DNA of 64,000 bases from Sphaerodactylus townsendi (Eukaryota): assembly GCF_021028975.2 (NCBI RefSeq), contig NC_059427.1:88970001-89034000 (forward strand), written 5' to 3'. Shown here one piece after another: positions 12,081-25,450 of the stretch (its first letter is position 1; each line of letters starts with the position of its first letter). Both the position numbers and the translations under genes were made by a program. The notes below the pieces were generated by a model. That model had not been told where the DNA came from and ran no database searches. It saw only the letters and a list, made by a program, of their open reading frames with translations.

Positions 12081-13962
12081 ATTTTTTACAAGCTTCATGC
12101 TGCCACCACCATTTTGCTTATATTTGCTGGAATTTCCTCTTCTTTCAGCTCTCATGATAACCATTGTAATGTCAAAAATAGATGAATAAAAATTGTTGTT
12201 TCTTGCAATCTTGTGCATCTCTCTCTCTATTTGTAAAGAAGACATTTGTGAAGCTTCACAGAGTTGATATAAGATGATCAAAGCTGCTCAGAGTGTTGGT
12301 CTACCTCCCAAAGAGTGCCAGTCTACTCAGTGCTTCTTAATGGGTGGTAGCTTAACCCTCTAAGAACCTGTGATTCTTATATGTTGTTGTTTGGAACAGG
12401 TAAATGTAGAAAAGTTTGTGTGAATGCATTGGACTGTATGCTTGCAAATATTTAGACTAGGTGACAGTTATACTCTCTCACACCCTAGCCTGACTTGCAG
12501 AGTTGTTGTGAGGCTACACTGGAGGAGAAAAGACAACAGGTGACATTCCATCTCACAGGATCAGATTGCAGGGAAACCTCATACAGTGGTTTCAATGGGT
12601 GCAGTGTGTTACAGGCAATGGATGTTACAGCAATGGCTGGCCAGGCCTCCGGAGCAGGCAGGGAAGCCCATTTCTCCTGCTGCTTCATTGGCCATTTGCT
12701 ATACAAAGGGAAATGTCTCCAAGTGAAAAGAGGCAAGTTTTCACCAGTGCTTGTTTATGGCAGAAGGATAGCAATTCCATATGATTAATATAATAGAGTT
12801 CTCCGTGGCTCATATAGTGGCTCATATAGTGTTCTCTGTGGCTCATATAGTGATATTTTCATATGACAAATGATGCTTTCATTCAGAGTTACAGATTATG
12901 GCAGTTTACACCTGATGCAATAGGATCATCTCCAAAGAGAGGACCCCAACATCAAAGCATTTAACAAGACAATTACTACTGATACACAATCTGAGCCGTA
13001 TAATAAATAATAGACAAATCATTTTGCTCTCAGGTTTGGCAATATATAGTGCTGAAAGAAAAAGCAGCTATTTTCCATGATATTTATTGTTCCAGTTTTA
13101 ATAACTATTATTTTTAAGAATTTTTATAAAGTCTGAACTCTCATTACAGACTCTCTCTAGCTGTTATCATGTGTAGAAAATGAATACAATGTTCAACCAA
13201 ATCATTCCCATGTATGTTTCAAAGAAGACAATCTGACAAGGATAAAATGGTCCATAGGTTTAAAACATGTACATTCTGAACAATATCCAGTTTTATAAAA
13301 TTTTATTTGTGTCCTCTGTATACCGAAAGGCTTACACTATCATTAAACTCTTTAAGTTCTACAAAACTTACCATACAACAATGAAGCAAAGGTCACACAC
13401 AGCCAGGAACCATCTCAGCAAAAACTGTCAGCACTAATCAGCTATCATGCTTGCAATAACATATAGCCTATATTTTATTGTTACAGAAAATTAAATAGAA
13501 AATGTGCATAAAAATGTCTATGCTTAAAGACATTTCCATTTATTATTCTTACCAAGTTATCCAGTAAGGCAGCAAAAAAATGTAAATATAAAACACACAT
13601 CTAGTAGCTTGATAGGCATAAAAGTGTACCTTCTAAAAACAGTAGGTGGGCAGCTCAATCCAGATTGGGTGGGGAGACTCACTTTGGAGGTGGTGCGACC
13701 TTGCCAATGGAAAAAGCTTCTGGAAGACTTACCATATGCATTGATTTGAATCTTTGTACAATTTAATTAGTCCAACAGTATTTAATTAGTCCAATAGTAT
13801 GCTATCTTTATTCATGTGGATGAATTACTATGATCCTTCTTACCCACCCAGGTAATAGAATCAGGGAGAATTAGCATCATGACCAGGGGGGTTTAGAATA
13901 ATGCTTCAGAGATTGGAGTAGTATTTTTGTCTAGTCCCCTGTCGTTTTTCATCAATTGATGG

Positions 13963-14453
13963 GGTGTATAAGCCGACTCGTGTATAAACCGAGGCACCTA
14001 ATTTTTACTAGCAAAACCGGGGGAAACCTATTGACTCCCATATAAGCTGAAGGTGGGAAGCCAGGAGTGAGGGAGTTCCTTATTTGGGCAGTGATGCCCC
14101 CTGATGTCATTGCCCAAATAAGGAGCTCCCTCCACCTCCTGGCTGGGTTTGAGGAAGCCCAGGCAACCAGGAGGGAGCTCCTTATTTGGGTAATAACATC
14201 AGGAGGAGTCACTGCCTAAATAAGGAGCTCCCTCCACCTCCCAGCTGCTTGGGCTTCCTCAAACCCAGCCGGGAGGTGGAGGAAGCAATAAGCTGCTTGT
14301 GCAGCCGCAGGGAGGTCCTCCCAGCCACGCGCTCTCAGCCTCGGCAGAGGCCTGAAGAGCTGGCTGGTAAACAGGACTCATGTATAAGCCGAGGGGGCAT
14401 TTTCAGCCTTAAAACAGGGCTGAAAAACTCGGCTTATACGCGAGTATATACGG
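13963..14453. mobile_element. Tc1/mariner-pogo non-autonomous element, left end truncated
   Basis: Right TIR ctcggcttatacgcgagtatatacgg followed by TA, subterminal gtataagccga repeats, and palindromic internal sequence. Confidence 0.8.
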
Positions 14454-16473
14454 TAAAATGATGTCTGGAGCAAACACTGAAATTATGCCCCCCTGCCTGG
14501 ATTCCACTGCCCCAGCACAGTCTTCACAGATCTTCCTGGGGCAATGGAGTATGGAAGGGGGGAGGAGTTAATTAGAAAGATTTGGCTTGGTTCTTGAGAC
14601 TTCCTTCGAAGCCAAGCTGAGTTCTTTTAGTTAAGTCTAGTTGGGCAGAGGGGAGGGGAGGTGGAGCACAGGGAGGCAAGCGGCTGGGATGAGACTGTGG
14701 GTGGGGACATTCAAAATTGAAGAAAAATAAAGCAGTTGTGCTAGCATGGCTGAGGTGGGGGCCAGTCATGGAACACCTAGTCAACTGGTCCCCAGGGCAA
14801 GAGCCCTGATTTGACATACACTCATTACATCTCTGCAGTTGCTTTTCACTCATTTTAGTACTTTGTTCATAATGCTTCCTTCCCGGCTAGAAGAAATTGT
14901 CAGGAAAGTATGGCAAATGAAGAGTGTTTGGTGCCTCGGATTATTTTTTTTATTGCCAGTATCTCCATGACATTGCAGAAAAAAGTAACAGTTGCTCCTT
15001 TTGACCAACCAGGCTATTAAAATTGGCATTAGAAGACTCAATGTTTATTTTCCCTCTTGTCAGAAAAGCAGACTCTAGAATGATCTCTACCTGATATATT
15101 TCAGCTGGCTTGAATGTGTTTTATAAATACCAAAATGTCACTGTTACTAATAATAAATGTGGGGGGAAACCAGAATGCAACAGTTTTCATTACATTAATG
15201 CTACTCAGAACCAACCACCAATAGTACACTCAAGTTGATATACGTAGTGTCTGTCCACTATGCATTCCTAGTACATGAGAACAAATAGTTTTCAAGGCTT
15301 CTGGCTACTGTTAGCCAATATCTCATGTAATCACATTTTCTTGTTTCCATCAATGAGCTGGTTTCACTGCAATCTAGAGAGAAAGTGGTGCCACCACTAC
15401 TTTTGAAGGTTGAGGTAACAGTTGTGATAAATGTACCAAGGTGGCAGTGTATTTATCCTTCTTTAGTTAGAAATATGTAGGACCTTTGTTAGCTTTATTT
15501 GCCCACTATGGGCTATGTCAATGCAAACAGAATCCCAGGTCTGTAATTAGTATGTACGTGTGTGTGTGTGCATGTGTATTTTTATAAGTTGAGTCTGTAG
15601 AATGGTCTAGTTACTTTTGGAGCTAAGGGAAGAAAAATGTTCTGCATGTATAGTAATGCAATTACTTTTTTCAGAAATTTCATAAGGGTTTTTAAATTAT
15701 GTGCCTGAATACATATTTACTGCAGTTAGTAGACCAAAGCAAACCTGAATAAGCTATTTTGGTCCAGTGTGTATAAATAAGGCATTGAGAAACTCCACAG
15801 AATCCAATCATAACAACTAAGTGCATGCTGTTATCAAGTATTTACAACAAATAATACACATGTAATATTCCCCATTATATTTAATGAGATCAATGCAGTA
15901 TGGATTAGGGAACAGGGTTTTAATGGAAACCCATTCAAACCAAAACACTTTATACTGTTCTGAGAAATCTTGGAAATCTGGAATTGCTTCAAAATAGGGC
16001 TCACCTGTACAACATTGCCTCCAGCTATCCCTGTTTCTGCCAGCTCCCCCTCCCTCCTCGAACAGCAACAAAATCTTTATCAGTGGAACTAGCTTCTTTG
16101 AGACCTATTCATACCACAATTATGCAATTCCCTTCTTTCTCAGCCATAATTTTTGCTAGCAGTGATGAGATTTGTCACTTCTTCAGTCTTCCAAATTAAT
16201 GAGAAAATATATATGTTGCATCTGTATTGATTTAGAAATCTGTCAGAAAATCTTCACACAGCAGTAAAAAGAAATGGAACTTGTTTAAAACTAATAAATA
16301 TTACTTCTAAAAATTATAATGAATATAACAAATAAAGATGTCTAAATCAAAATGTCAGTCGCTTACAGCTCAGACGTCTGGCAGGATATGAATGGGGAAG
16401 AGCTTCTAAATGGGCCAGTGGTATGAATTTGGCAAAACTTTTTTGGGATGGAATTTGGGGACCAGCACAGCTA

Positions 16474-16705
16474 CCGTGTTTCCCTGAAAATAAGTGTCTT
16501 ATATTAATTTTTGCTCCCAAAGATGTGCTATGTCTTATTTTCAGGGGATATCTTATTTTTCCGCTCCACAGCTGCATGCTCTGGTGTTCTGTTCGACGGA
16601 CATGCTTCCAAACAAAAACTTTGCTACATCTTACTTTCGGGGGACGCTTTATATTTAGCACTTCAGCAAAACCTCTACTATGTCTTATTTTCAGGGGAAA
16701 CAGGG
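16474..16705. mobile_element. Tc2/pogo-like MITE
   Basis: TA|ccgtgtttccctgaaaataag ... cttattttcaggggaaacaggg|TA. Confidence 0.85.
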
Positions 16706-17029
16706 TAGTTCCAGTAATAACTAATCTTCAGGTGGTAATATGAAATCTCAGTTCATGGTGAGAATGATATGGGGGAATGATTCCCTGACTGAGATGAATG
16801 ATCACTCACTGAGGGGTTTCCACCTATCCTGGCCCAGGTCACTGGGTATGCTGTCCCTCCTTCTCTTTTCCCGGGCAGTCTATGGCCCATTCTCACTCCT
16901 GATAGATTGGGAGTGGAGGGTGGCCATATCCTCTCTTTTTGTGTCCCTGAGCAGGCCTAGTTGGTGGGTTCACCACTTTGGGTAGTCACAGGTTGTGGGC
17001 CTCACAGTGAATTGGGGTGGAGGTGGAAG

Positions 17030-17354
17030 AGCACCCTCAACCCTTCCCATGTCCATGTTGATGATGACATGGGCAGGATCAAGGGCACTCATATACGATG
17101 GCAGGAGGAAGTCCTGCTACCTTGTCGTTTTCGAGCGCCCTTGACCCTGCCCATGTGTCATCGACATCGTCTTTGAACACCCTCAGCCCTGCCCATGTTT
17201 CATTGATATGGACAGGGTCAAAGGCGCCTGGCTCCGCCTCCCCACTACCATCTTCCTGGTCATGTGGGGGGGCAATTTTGTGCCTCCCACATGGCCAGAA
17301 GAGTGGTGCCTGGGGGCAAGGGGTACCCCTTGTCTCTAGGCAAATACACCACTG
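17030..17354. mobile_element. hAT-type MITE, left end not resolved
   Basis: Ends ctaggcaaatacaccactg. Contains internal inverted repeats of ccctgcccatgt / acatgggcagg. Confidence 0.55.
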
Positions 17355-17870
17355 CCCAAAAAAAATATTTTGACTCTATCTGGATGTGAAAGAAGTGTGT
17401 CTTAACACTATCCTAATAATATCCATTTTGCCTTATTCAGTGTTCACTCATGAATGATTTCATACCACAAATACTTTACCCATCACATTCTTGCATAGTT
17501 TTTCCATGGCTGTTCCCATCTCCTCCTATCCAGGTATCACACCTGACCAAAAAAACCTTTACAAATGAGATTATTTTCTTTGTTGGCTCACTCTTGCTTG
17601 AAGAGGGGGCATGTTCCATGGCTAATTCCAGCTTTGTTCAGTGTACCTGACTGAGAGCTAAGCAGGGGTGGATTGGCCATTGTGGCCACCAGGAAAATTC
17701 CCAGTTGATCAGTGATCTAGGAAGCAGCCTCTTCTGAACCCCCTGCCTGCCAGGGCTGCTCAGGCCTAGGGCAAGACTCACATATAGGGGCCACTACCTT
17801 TGATACTATAGATTGTGCCATTTTATTGGTATTGGGGGAATGTGTGTTGAACTGGTTCAAATAATTTGGA

Positions 17871-20840
17871 ATTTATTTATTTATTTATTTATTTATTTAT
17901 TATTTCATTTTTATACTGCCCTCCCCCGGAGGGCTCAGGGCGGTGTACAACATTAACAAACAGATAAAGCAAGAAGTTTAAAAATTTTAAAATGCAGCAT
18001 ACAATTTTCAAATCCAAGTAAGTTTAAATATTTAAAATAGATGGCATCCAGCTATTTAAAACTCCTCTTAAAAAGGGGGGGGGTGTCTCAGAATATTTCT
18101 TAAGCTGTTTTGGGTACCCATATCAGCGGATGGTCTCACCAAAGGCCCGGTGGAATAGCTCGGTCTTACAGGCCCTGTGGAACTCGTTGAGATCCCGCAG
18201 GGCCCAGACAGATGGAGGAAGAGCATTCCACCAGGCAGGGGCCAGGGCCGTAAAAGCCCTGGCCCTAGTAGAGGCCAGCCGCATCATAGAGGGGTCGGGG
18301 GTTACCAGCAAGTTGGCCTCTGCTGATCGCAGGGACCGACGTGGGACATATGGGGCCAGACGGTCTCGTAGGTACGAGGGTCCCAGGCCACGCAAGGCCT
18401 TAAAGGTTAAAACCAATACCTTGAAGACGATCCGGAACTCAACTGGGAGCCAGTGCAGGTGATGTAACACGGGCATGATGTGATCTCTAAAGGCACCGCC
18501 TGTGAGCAAGCGTGCCGCCGCATGTTGGACCAGTTTTAATTTCCGGATCAGCCGCAAGGGAAGGCCCACGTAGAGTGAGTTGCAATAGTCTAGCCTGGAG
18601 GTGACCGTTGCATGGACCACTGTGGCCAGATCCGCCTGGGAGAGGAAGGGGGCCAGTCGCAGGCCTGGCAAAGATGGAAAAACGCAACCCGGGTTACATG
18701 GGCCACCTGGGTCTCCATTGAAAGAGACGAATCCAGATGGACCCCCAGGCTGCGAACTGAGGGGGTCGGTGCCAATGAGACCCCCTCCCACACCGGCGGC
18801 TGAAAATCCCCCACCTCCCCCCCACGGCCTAGCCAAAGGATCTTCGTCTTCGTTGGATTCAGCTTTAACCTGCTCTGTTTCAACCAACCAGCAACTGCCT
18901 CCAAACAATGCTGTAGAGCTGCAGGGGCGGTGACGGCTCCCCCCTCCATCGACAGAATGAGCTGGGTGTCATCGGCATACTGATGACATACCAGCCCAAA
19001 GCTCCGTACCAGCTGAGCAAGGGGTCGCATATAGATGTTAAATAACAGTGGGGACAGCAGCGCTCCCTGAGGTACACCGCAATGAAGCGGGTACCCTTGG
19101 GAGGCTTTGTCCCCACACCACACTTGCTGACTCCGGTCCCGGAGAAATGAGGCAATCCATTGAAGGACAGTGTCCCGCACCCCGGAAGCGGCCAGGTGGT
19201 GGGCCAAAAGATCGTGATCGACCACATCAAACGCTGCGGTAAGATCCAATAATACCAGCAGCGCCGATCCGCCTCGGTTAAGCTGCATACGGAGCGTGTC
19301 TGTGACAGCGACGAGAACAGTCTCCGTCCCATGCCCAGCACGGAAGCCGGACTGGAAGGGATCGAAGGCCGATGTGTCCTCCAGAAAACCCTGAAGCTGC
19401 TCCAACACCACTCTCTCAATTACCTTCCCCAGAAACGAAAGATTTGAGACGGGGCGGTAATTGGCCAGATTGCCAGGATCTAATTATGGTCTTTTCAAGA
19501 GTGGGCGGACCATTGCCTCCTTCAACCCACCCGGAAAGGCTCCTTGCTCAAGGGAGCCATTGATGATCTTCAACAGGTGGGGTCGTAGCTCCTCCTGGCA
19601 AAGTTTAACAAGCCAGGAGGGGCACGGATCCAGAGGACAGGTAGTAGGTCTAACAGCAGCCAAGGCCCTATCAACAGCAGCTTCGGAGAGCAGGGAAAAC
19701 TAGGCCAAACATGGACCTGAAGACGGCAAGGGAGCCTCTAGTTCACTAATTGTAGACAAAGTGTGGGGAAGGTCCTGGCGAAGTGATGCGACTTTATCCA
19801 CAAAAAAGCTCATAAATGCCTCACAGAGAATAGTCAATTGATCATTTTTTGAACTCTCCAATAAAGAGGTAAGCGACCGAATAGTACGGAACAGTTGCGC
19901 TGGGCGAGAGCTAGCAGATGCGAGAGAGGAGGAGAAGAATGCTCTCTTCGCCTCCTTCATCGCCATCTCATAAGCCTTCATAAACGTCCTATAAGATGTT
20001 CGCGCAGCCTCGTCACGAGACTTCCGCCACACTCGCTCTAGCCATCTAAGCTCCCGTTTCAGACAGCGTAGCTCCTCGTTATACCAAGGAGCCAGCCGAG
20101 ATCGGGGTCGTAGAGGGCGCCGGGGAGCAACAACCTCGATGGCATTAAAGAGGTGGGTATTCCAGTCCGCCACTAGTCCATCAAGGGTGCTGGTGGGTTC
20201 AGGATCCCATAGAACATTCAGGAATCCAACAGGATCCATAAGTCTCTGCGGGCGAGCAAAAATCCGCTCGTCGCCTAGTCGGGGTTGTTGCGGCATGTTC
20301 AACCGAACCTTCAGGGCATAGTGATCAGACCATGGCACTCTATCACAAGAGGATAAGACCACATTTACACCTGACCCAAAGATCAAATCCAGAGTGTGAC
20401 CGGCCTCATGAGTGGGGCCAGAGTTTACCAAAGAGAGGCCCAGCGTCGCCATGGATGACACCAGGTCCGCGGCTACTGTGCATGAGGCAGCGTCGACATG
20501 GACGTTGAAGTCCCCCAGAACAATAAGTCTGGGGAACCGCAGCGCCCAGTCTGCCACCACCTCCAGCAGCCGCGGAAGGCCATCCCCTGGAGCGCTAGGC
20601 GACCGGTACACCAGAAGGACAGCCAACCTCTCCGATGCCACCCACTCCAGGCCGACACACTCCATGCCAGTGATCTCCAGGACAGGGATAGCCCTAAAAG
20701 GGATGGAATCACAGATGAACATCGCCACGCCTCCCCCCCGGCCCTGTGTTCGTGAATGGTGGAGACACGCGAAACCTGGTGGCGCGACCTCGCCCAAGGC
20801 AATGGTCTCGCCTTCTCGCACCCAGGTTTCGGTGACACAG
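17871..20840 (-). mobile_element. L2-clade LINE, 5'-truncated, young
   Basis: APE endonuclease motifs (CVTETW, GDFN, LDL, SDH), RT motifs (QSGFR, LDLTAAFD, GVPQG, YADD), and the L2 C-terminus (RLDYCNSL, LHWLP). 3' stem-loop and (TAAA)n tail. Possible TSD gaatt. Confidence 0.95.
18123..20840 (-). pseudogene. L2 ORF2 (EN+RT), disrupted
   Basis: EN (19700-20896 frame) and RT (18590-19411) share a frame but are interrupted by stops at 19700-19702 and 19484-19486. One frameshift near 18660 moves into the frame that ends at 18123. Confidence 0.9.
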
Positions 20841-20844
20841 AATT

Positions 20845-21818
20845 GCTTCTGGAAACCAGTTGTCATTGGTATGAGATCTATCTTGTGGAAATCCACAGGG
20901 TGCAGTTCTAGTCCCCATGCTTTTAAAACTTTATGTAAAGTCTTTAGGACAAATCATTCACTGGGGTTGGTTATTATCAATATGCTAACAATACTCAGTT
21001 CTATAAATATCCTTAACCAAATTTCCTAGTGATAGGGTAAAAGTAATAAATCATTGTCTGACTATGGTGGATAAATGGCTAACAGTGAACTAATTTAAAC
21101 TGTGAGTGTCCCTTCGCTGGCCACCCCATCAGGGTAGGCCACCTTGGCCTTCTAAGGGTTCAGCTACCCTCTTCAGTCAAATAAGATATGACTCCAGTTT
21201 CTGTTCAGATGTGACTCCAGTTTCTAATAGCACCCCTGCAAGCTTGAGCCCCAACCAACTTCCCTCATGTTTTGCTTCCCTTTTATCAGGAATTTCCCTC
21301 CCCCCTTGTTCCAGCCTCCTTTTCAGCCTTCCTGGCCTTTCTCTTTGATTGCAGCCTGGTTGGAGCTGTGCAAACTCTCTAAAGCTGCTGATTGCAACTT
21401 GGCTAGGCTGTGCTGCCTCTACCCTTTTCCCTGTAACTGCTGAGGTTTCTCCTTGTTGCTGAGGCTCTCCTGCCATTCCTCTGCAGTCTCTCTGAGCCCC
21501 TGGCTTCCTAACCCAGGGAGAAACAGAAAATGGCTGCCAAGAATCATTTGAAGGGGATGAGGGCAAATAAAAGGAGAGGGATTGAAAACATTTTGCAAAC
21601 ATTTCAGGAGATTTGTGCAGAAGGGGCCAAGGGGATTCATTTAAAATGTTCTGAGGCTAGAAACAACATTTCCAGGAAAAACTGCAGACTTCCACTCCAA
21701 ATGCTTTTTTTCAGACTTGAATTTTTTATGTATCCTGTGCATAAAAGGTCTGTAAATAACATAAATAAAAAATAACCTGATCCTCCCTGAGTCTTCCCAG
21801 TCCCCTCCTGCTGTCACA
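20845..21818 (-). mobile_element. Possible LTR-like segment interrupted by the L2
   Basis: Ends in tgtcaca and has LTR-like composition. The other terminus and a TSD were not found. Confidence 0.3.
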
Positions 21819-22082
21819 ATTAAGAGTTTCATGCTTACTGAATGTTCCACACAATGGCCATTGCACAGTTGACAGAGTATTGGACTGGTTAAAAATAGAG
21901 GAGAGGAGAACAATATAAGACACTTTGGGTCTCCATGGGGAAGAAAAGTGGGATAAAATTGAAGGAAATAAACAAAATGGTAAATGCTACTGAGCAAATA
22001 TAGAAGTTACTGATATCCCTCAATTTAGTTTCAAACCCAAATGGAGTTTGAATGGTCCTGGTCAGCTACTTTGTTATACCAC

Positions 22083-23132
22083 TGTTACCAGACCAACCCG
22101 GATGGGTGGGTGGGTGGGTGGGGAAGACTACTTCAAGACAACAGTGACTCTATCGAGGTGCCAACCTTCGTGGTACCTAGCAGTGCCATGCCAAAATGAG
22201 GAGCGCATTCTCTGCATTGGCTAGTGAACCCACGAGGACAGTAAAATCTTGTCTGAACTTGTCCTTGCCCATACCTGACTTTGAAAATACCTGCCTCACA
22301 CCATACCTAAAGGGTTGATGAGGAAACAATGACTCTACCTTGGAAAGCATTCCCATCTTCAGACCTGAACTACCTGCCTTGCTAAGACAATACTTGCTAA
22401 TATATTTGCCCAGCCCTCTCACTCTGACTTCTTTCTCTCTAAAGATCAGTGTATTTACATTGTCATTGTTTCATAGTTGTAATTTAATTAGCTACCTTTC
22501 CCCTTTTGGGCTCTCCCAGCTTTGTCACTTAAGTCAAGTGCTCAAACCATTAGACTAAAACTTAATGCTTAAGTTTTATGTCTCTCCCTGGCTTTCCCAG
22601 AAAGGCAAGAATTCCCTTTGTTCAAAAAGATTAAGGCTCTCTTAGCATCACCAGAGGGCCCATTTCTCCCAGCACCCAGTGCCCAATACTTCTGTGACTG
22701 CTTTTGGGTTCAATTGCTGCTGTGTTCCACATTATTTTTATTCCATTTCTTTGGAGCCCAGTGCAGTTGGTGGACTCTGCTTCACAGACCCAAAGCCACT
22801 TCAGAATCTGGTACAGTATTACCCCTAAGAATTCCCCCAATTCCTCCACTATTCCCAACCTATCCCCTCAATTCTGCTTATATCCTAGGACTGTGTGTGT
22901 GTGTGTGTGTGTTCTGCTACTTTAATTATTGTGTACTTGTATTTTTATTATTTTTCCATTAATAAAATTGCTAAACTTTAATTTGCTGTCCTGCAGATGT
23001 CTTGCAAAAGCGGACTTCTAGATACATAGGCAACAAAGATCTCGAGCTTGCCTGATATTTACTAAGCCAAGAGTCTGCTGTCACTAATTTTGCAATTCTA
23101 AAAAGGACAGACTCCCACCATTTCAGGTAACA
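22083..23132 (+). mobile_element. Probable solo LTR
   Basis: TG...CA with inverted ends tgttaccaga / tcaggtaaca and AATAAA at 22961. TSD not matched. Confidence 0.55.
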
Positions 23133-23231
23133 ACTCTGGCATTCTTAAAGTACTTCACATCACTTCAGACACAATGCTCTTCAGTGGTCAGCTGAATTTG
23201 CTTGCTTGTATACTATTTAACATCTTTATTT

Positions 23232-23385
23232 ATGTATTGTCGAAGGCTTTCACGACCAAAATCACTAAAGTGTTGTGTGGTTTCCAGGTTGTATGGCCAT
23301 CCTCTGAAGATGCTAGCCACAGATGCAGGTGAAACATCATGAGAAAATGCCTCTAGAACACGGCCATACAGCATGGAAACCACAC
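23232..23385. mobile_element. Inverted Penelope-like mini insertion
   Basis: Two pLTR pieces in opposite orientation, flanked by a 13-bp direct repeat aacatctttattt (23219-23231, 23386-23398). Confidence 0.8.
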
Positions 23386-23484
23386 AACATCTTTATTTGT
23401 ACTTGCCAAACTGAAGAAAATGTTTCCTGTCTTTATTCCAAAATAGTTTACATGTGATGAATGAATGTCTTCAGTTACAGATTC

Positions 23485-23560
23485 AAGTCCAGTAGCACCT
23501 TAGAGACCAACAAGATATTTGGCCTATAAGCTGTCAAAAATCAAAGCTTTCTTCATCAGA
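23485..23560 (-). mobile_element. Terminal fragment of a second Penelope-like family
   Basis: aagtccagtagcaccttagagaccaacaag...; the minus strand reads CTGATGA-stem-GACAGCTTA, a decayed hammerhead. Confidence 0.55.
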
Positions 23561-24120
23561 AACTATCTTCAGTTCTGTTTAATTATTTTGATGGATACTT
23601 TCTGAGTTCTGCTTTATCACAAATGTCTCTTATATACAGAAGATGTGTTGTCAACCCAGTCCACACATATTCTGACTCTCTGTTGTTCTCATTATAATTA
23701 ATTGCATTTGTTTTTTCCCCTTCTGGGGTATTATTTTATTTTCTTCTATTACATTGGTTTCCATGATTTCATGCTGAATATTCAGATTAAATCATGGAAT
23801 ATTATATTCCTCAAGAATAATGCAAGCAATGCTAGAGATTGTATTTGGTATTGGGAACTATCTATGTTCCAAACATGGACAAATGTATTTTGCATCAGTG
23901 TAACATAAGAGATCATCCTCTGTCAAAAAAGGGGTTATGGGTGGAGAACAGTAGATCATAGGAGCTGGAAAGATTTTTCAATTTCAAGAGATAATGCTGC
24001 TGAGCAGATGCACAATTACCATGTAGGAAAGAAAATGGATAGCATGGATGCAGCATGCTTGATGGAAGACTGCCTGGAGTTCTATCAACTGTGAACGTAA
24101 ACACAGTGGTAAAATGGCCT

Positions 24121-24232
24121 TTTTAGTCACATGATTCAGCAAGAACTAAGTATATTCAGCAAGAACTAAGTATATTCACAAGAACTAAGTATATTCAGCA
24201 AGAAGCAAGAACTTTTAGTCATAAATTCAGCA
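24121..24232. repeat. 20-nt tandem repeat (attcagcaagaactaagtat) x3.5
   Basis: Read directly from the sequence. Confidence 0.9.
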
Positions 24233-25365
24233 ATACCTTAAGTATGATACCACAGAGCTTTCTTGGATCTGACAAACAAATTTCAGATGGAATAGTTCAG
24301 CTGCCATGGGGAAGAGGAAACAATTTTTCAAGCAGCTCCAGCAGAAGTAGCCAAATGGATTTGGCTAAAGAGCAGATGGAACCACTTGGGTACAAAGTCA
24401 GGCAGCAGACCTCACTGTCTCATGATTATGTGCCCCATTAAACAAATGCCAGGTGGAAAGAGTTGAATGGTCTGATCAAATGCAGAGATGAAGACTCTGC
24501 TCACAAACCTGGGCAGCTAAAAAAAAGTTTGACTTTTAAGTTTATTAATAAATAAAAGTGAGCAGGGAAAGGGTTACATAATTATGTTTGGTGTAAAGAA
24601 GCCAGCAATATTCTCAGAATTGTTATGTAATATATTTTATTAAAACAAAACAATACAACACATTGGACAAATTTTTGAATTTTCTAGAATTCTCCATCAG
24701 GCTGCATGTTAGAAAAAAAATTCAAAGTGTGTGTTTGTGTGTGAAATCTTAAGGTCATGATCAAAGACCTTTGTCTGCATCCAGTGTGGGATGCTTTGCC
24801 AATATTATTGGGCATAAGGAGTGTATCTCTTGTATTAGCTATACCTTAGTATTATTAGGTATACTTTAGAATACTACTCCAAAAAAAGCAAAAATGGAAG
24901 CCATCCTATTGAAAATTTCTCTCTGTTACCAAATGGAGCACACAAGTCCCTTAAACAGGCTGAGGGCAAAGATAAAACATATCAATCCTTTTATTAACAA
25001 TCCTGGGAAACAATTTTAGTTGGTCACCAAGTAAACAGTCATATAGGCTAAATTGTGAAAGCATTATCTAGAGAAATTTCACAGATTCTTCTTTACCCTG
25101 CTTGGATTGTTAGACATATTTACAAAAACCATTAGTTTCTTTAAAATTCCTGGAGTTTCTCACTATGTTGTCTGCAATGTGATGTCATGAATGGACATCA
25201 GGACTGATACTGAAGCACTCCACTGATTCACTCAGAAGACATTGACAGCCTCCATTGAAAAATTCAACACAGCAAATTTTTATTCATAGACAAGGCCATG
25301 CTTTGCATGCAGAACATTTAAAGTTAAAAGGAACAGTTAGTAGATGATGTGACAGTCTACTGGAA

Positions 25366-25450
25366 TGCTGCTGCTAGTCAGAGTAGACAATTCTGACCTT
25401 GATAAACCAATTGTCTCTATTGGTGTAAGGCAACTTCATCTGTTTCTATG
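25366..25450 (+). mobile_element. CR1 3' UTR remnant
   Basis: gctgctagtcagagtagacaattctgaccttgataaaccaat...taaggcaacttc resembles the recalled squamate CR1 3' end. Confidence 0.55.

Noticed and set aside
18130-21029. Plus-strand ORFs up to 205 aa
   Set aside because: Antisense shadows of L2 ORF2.
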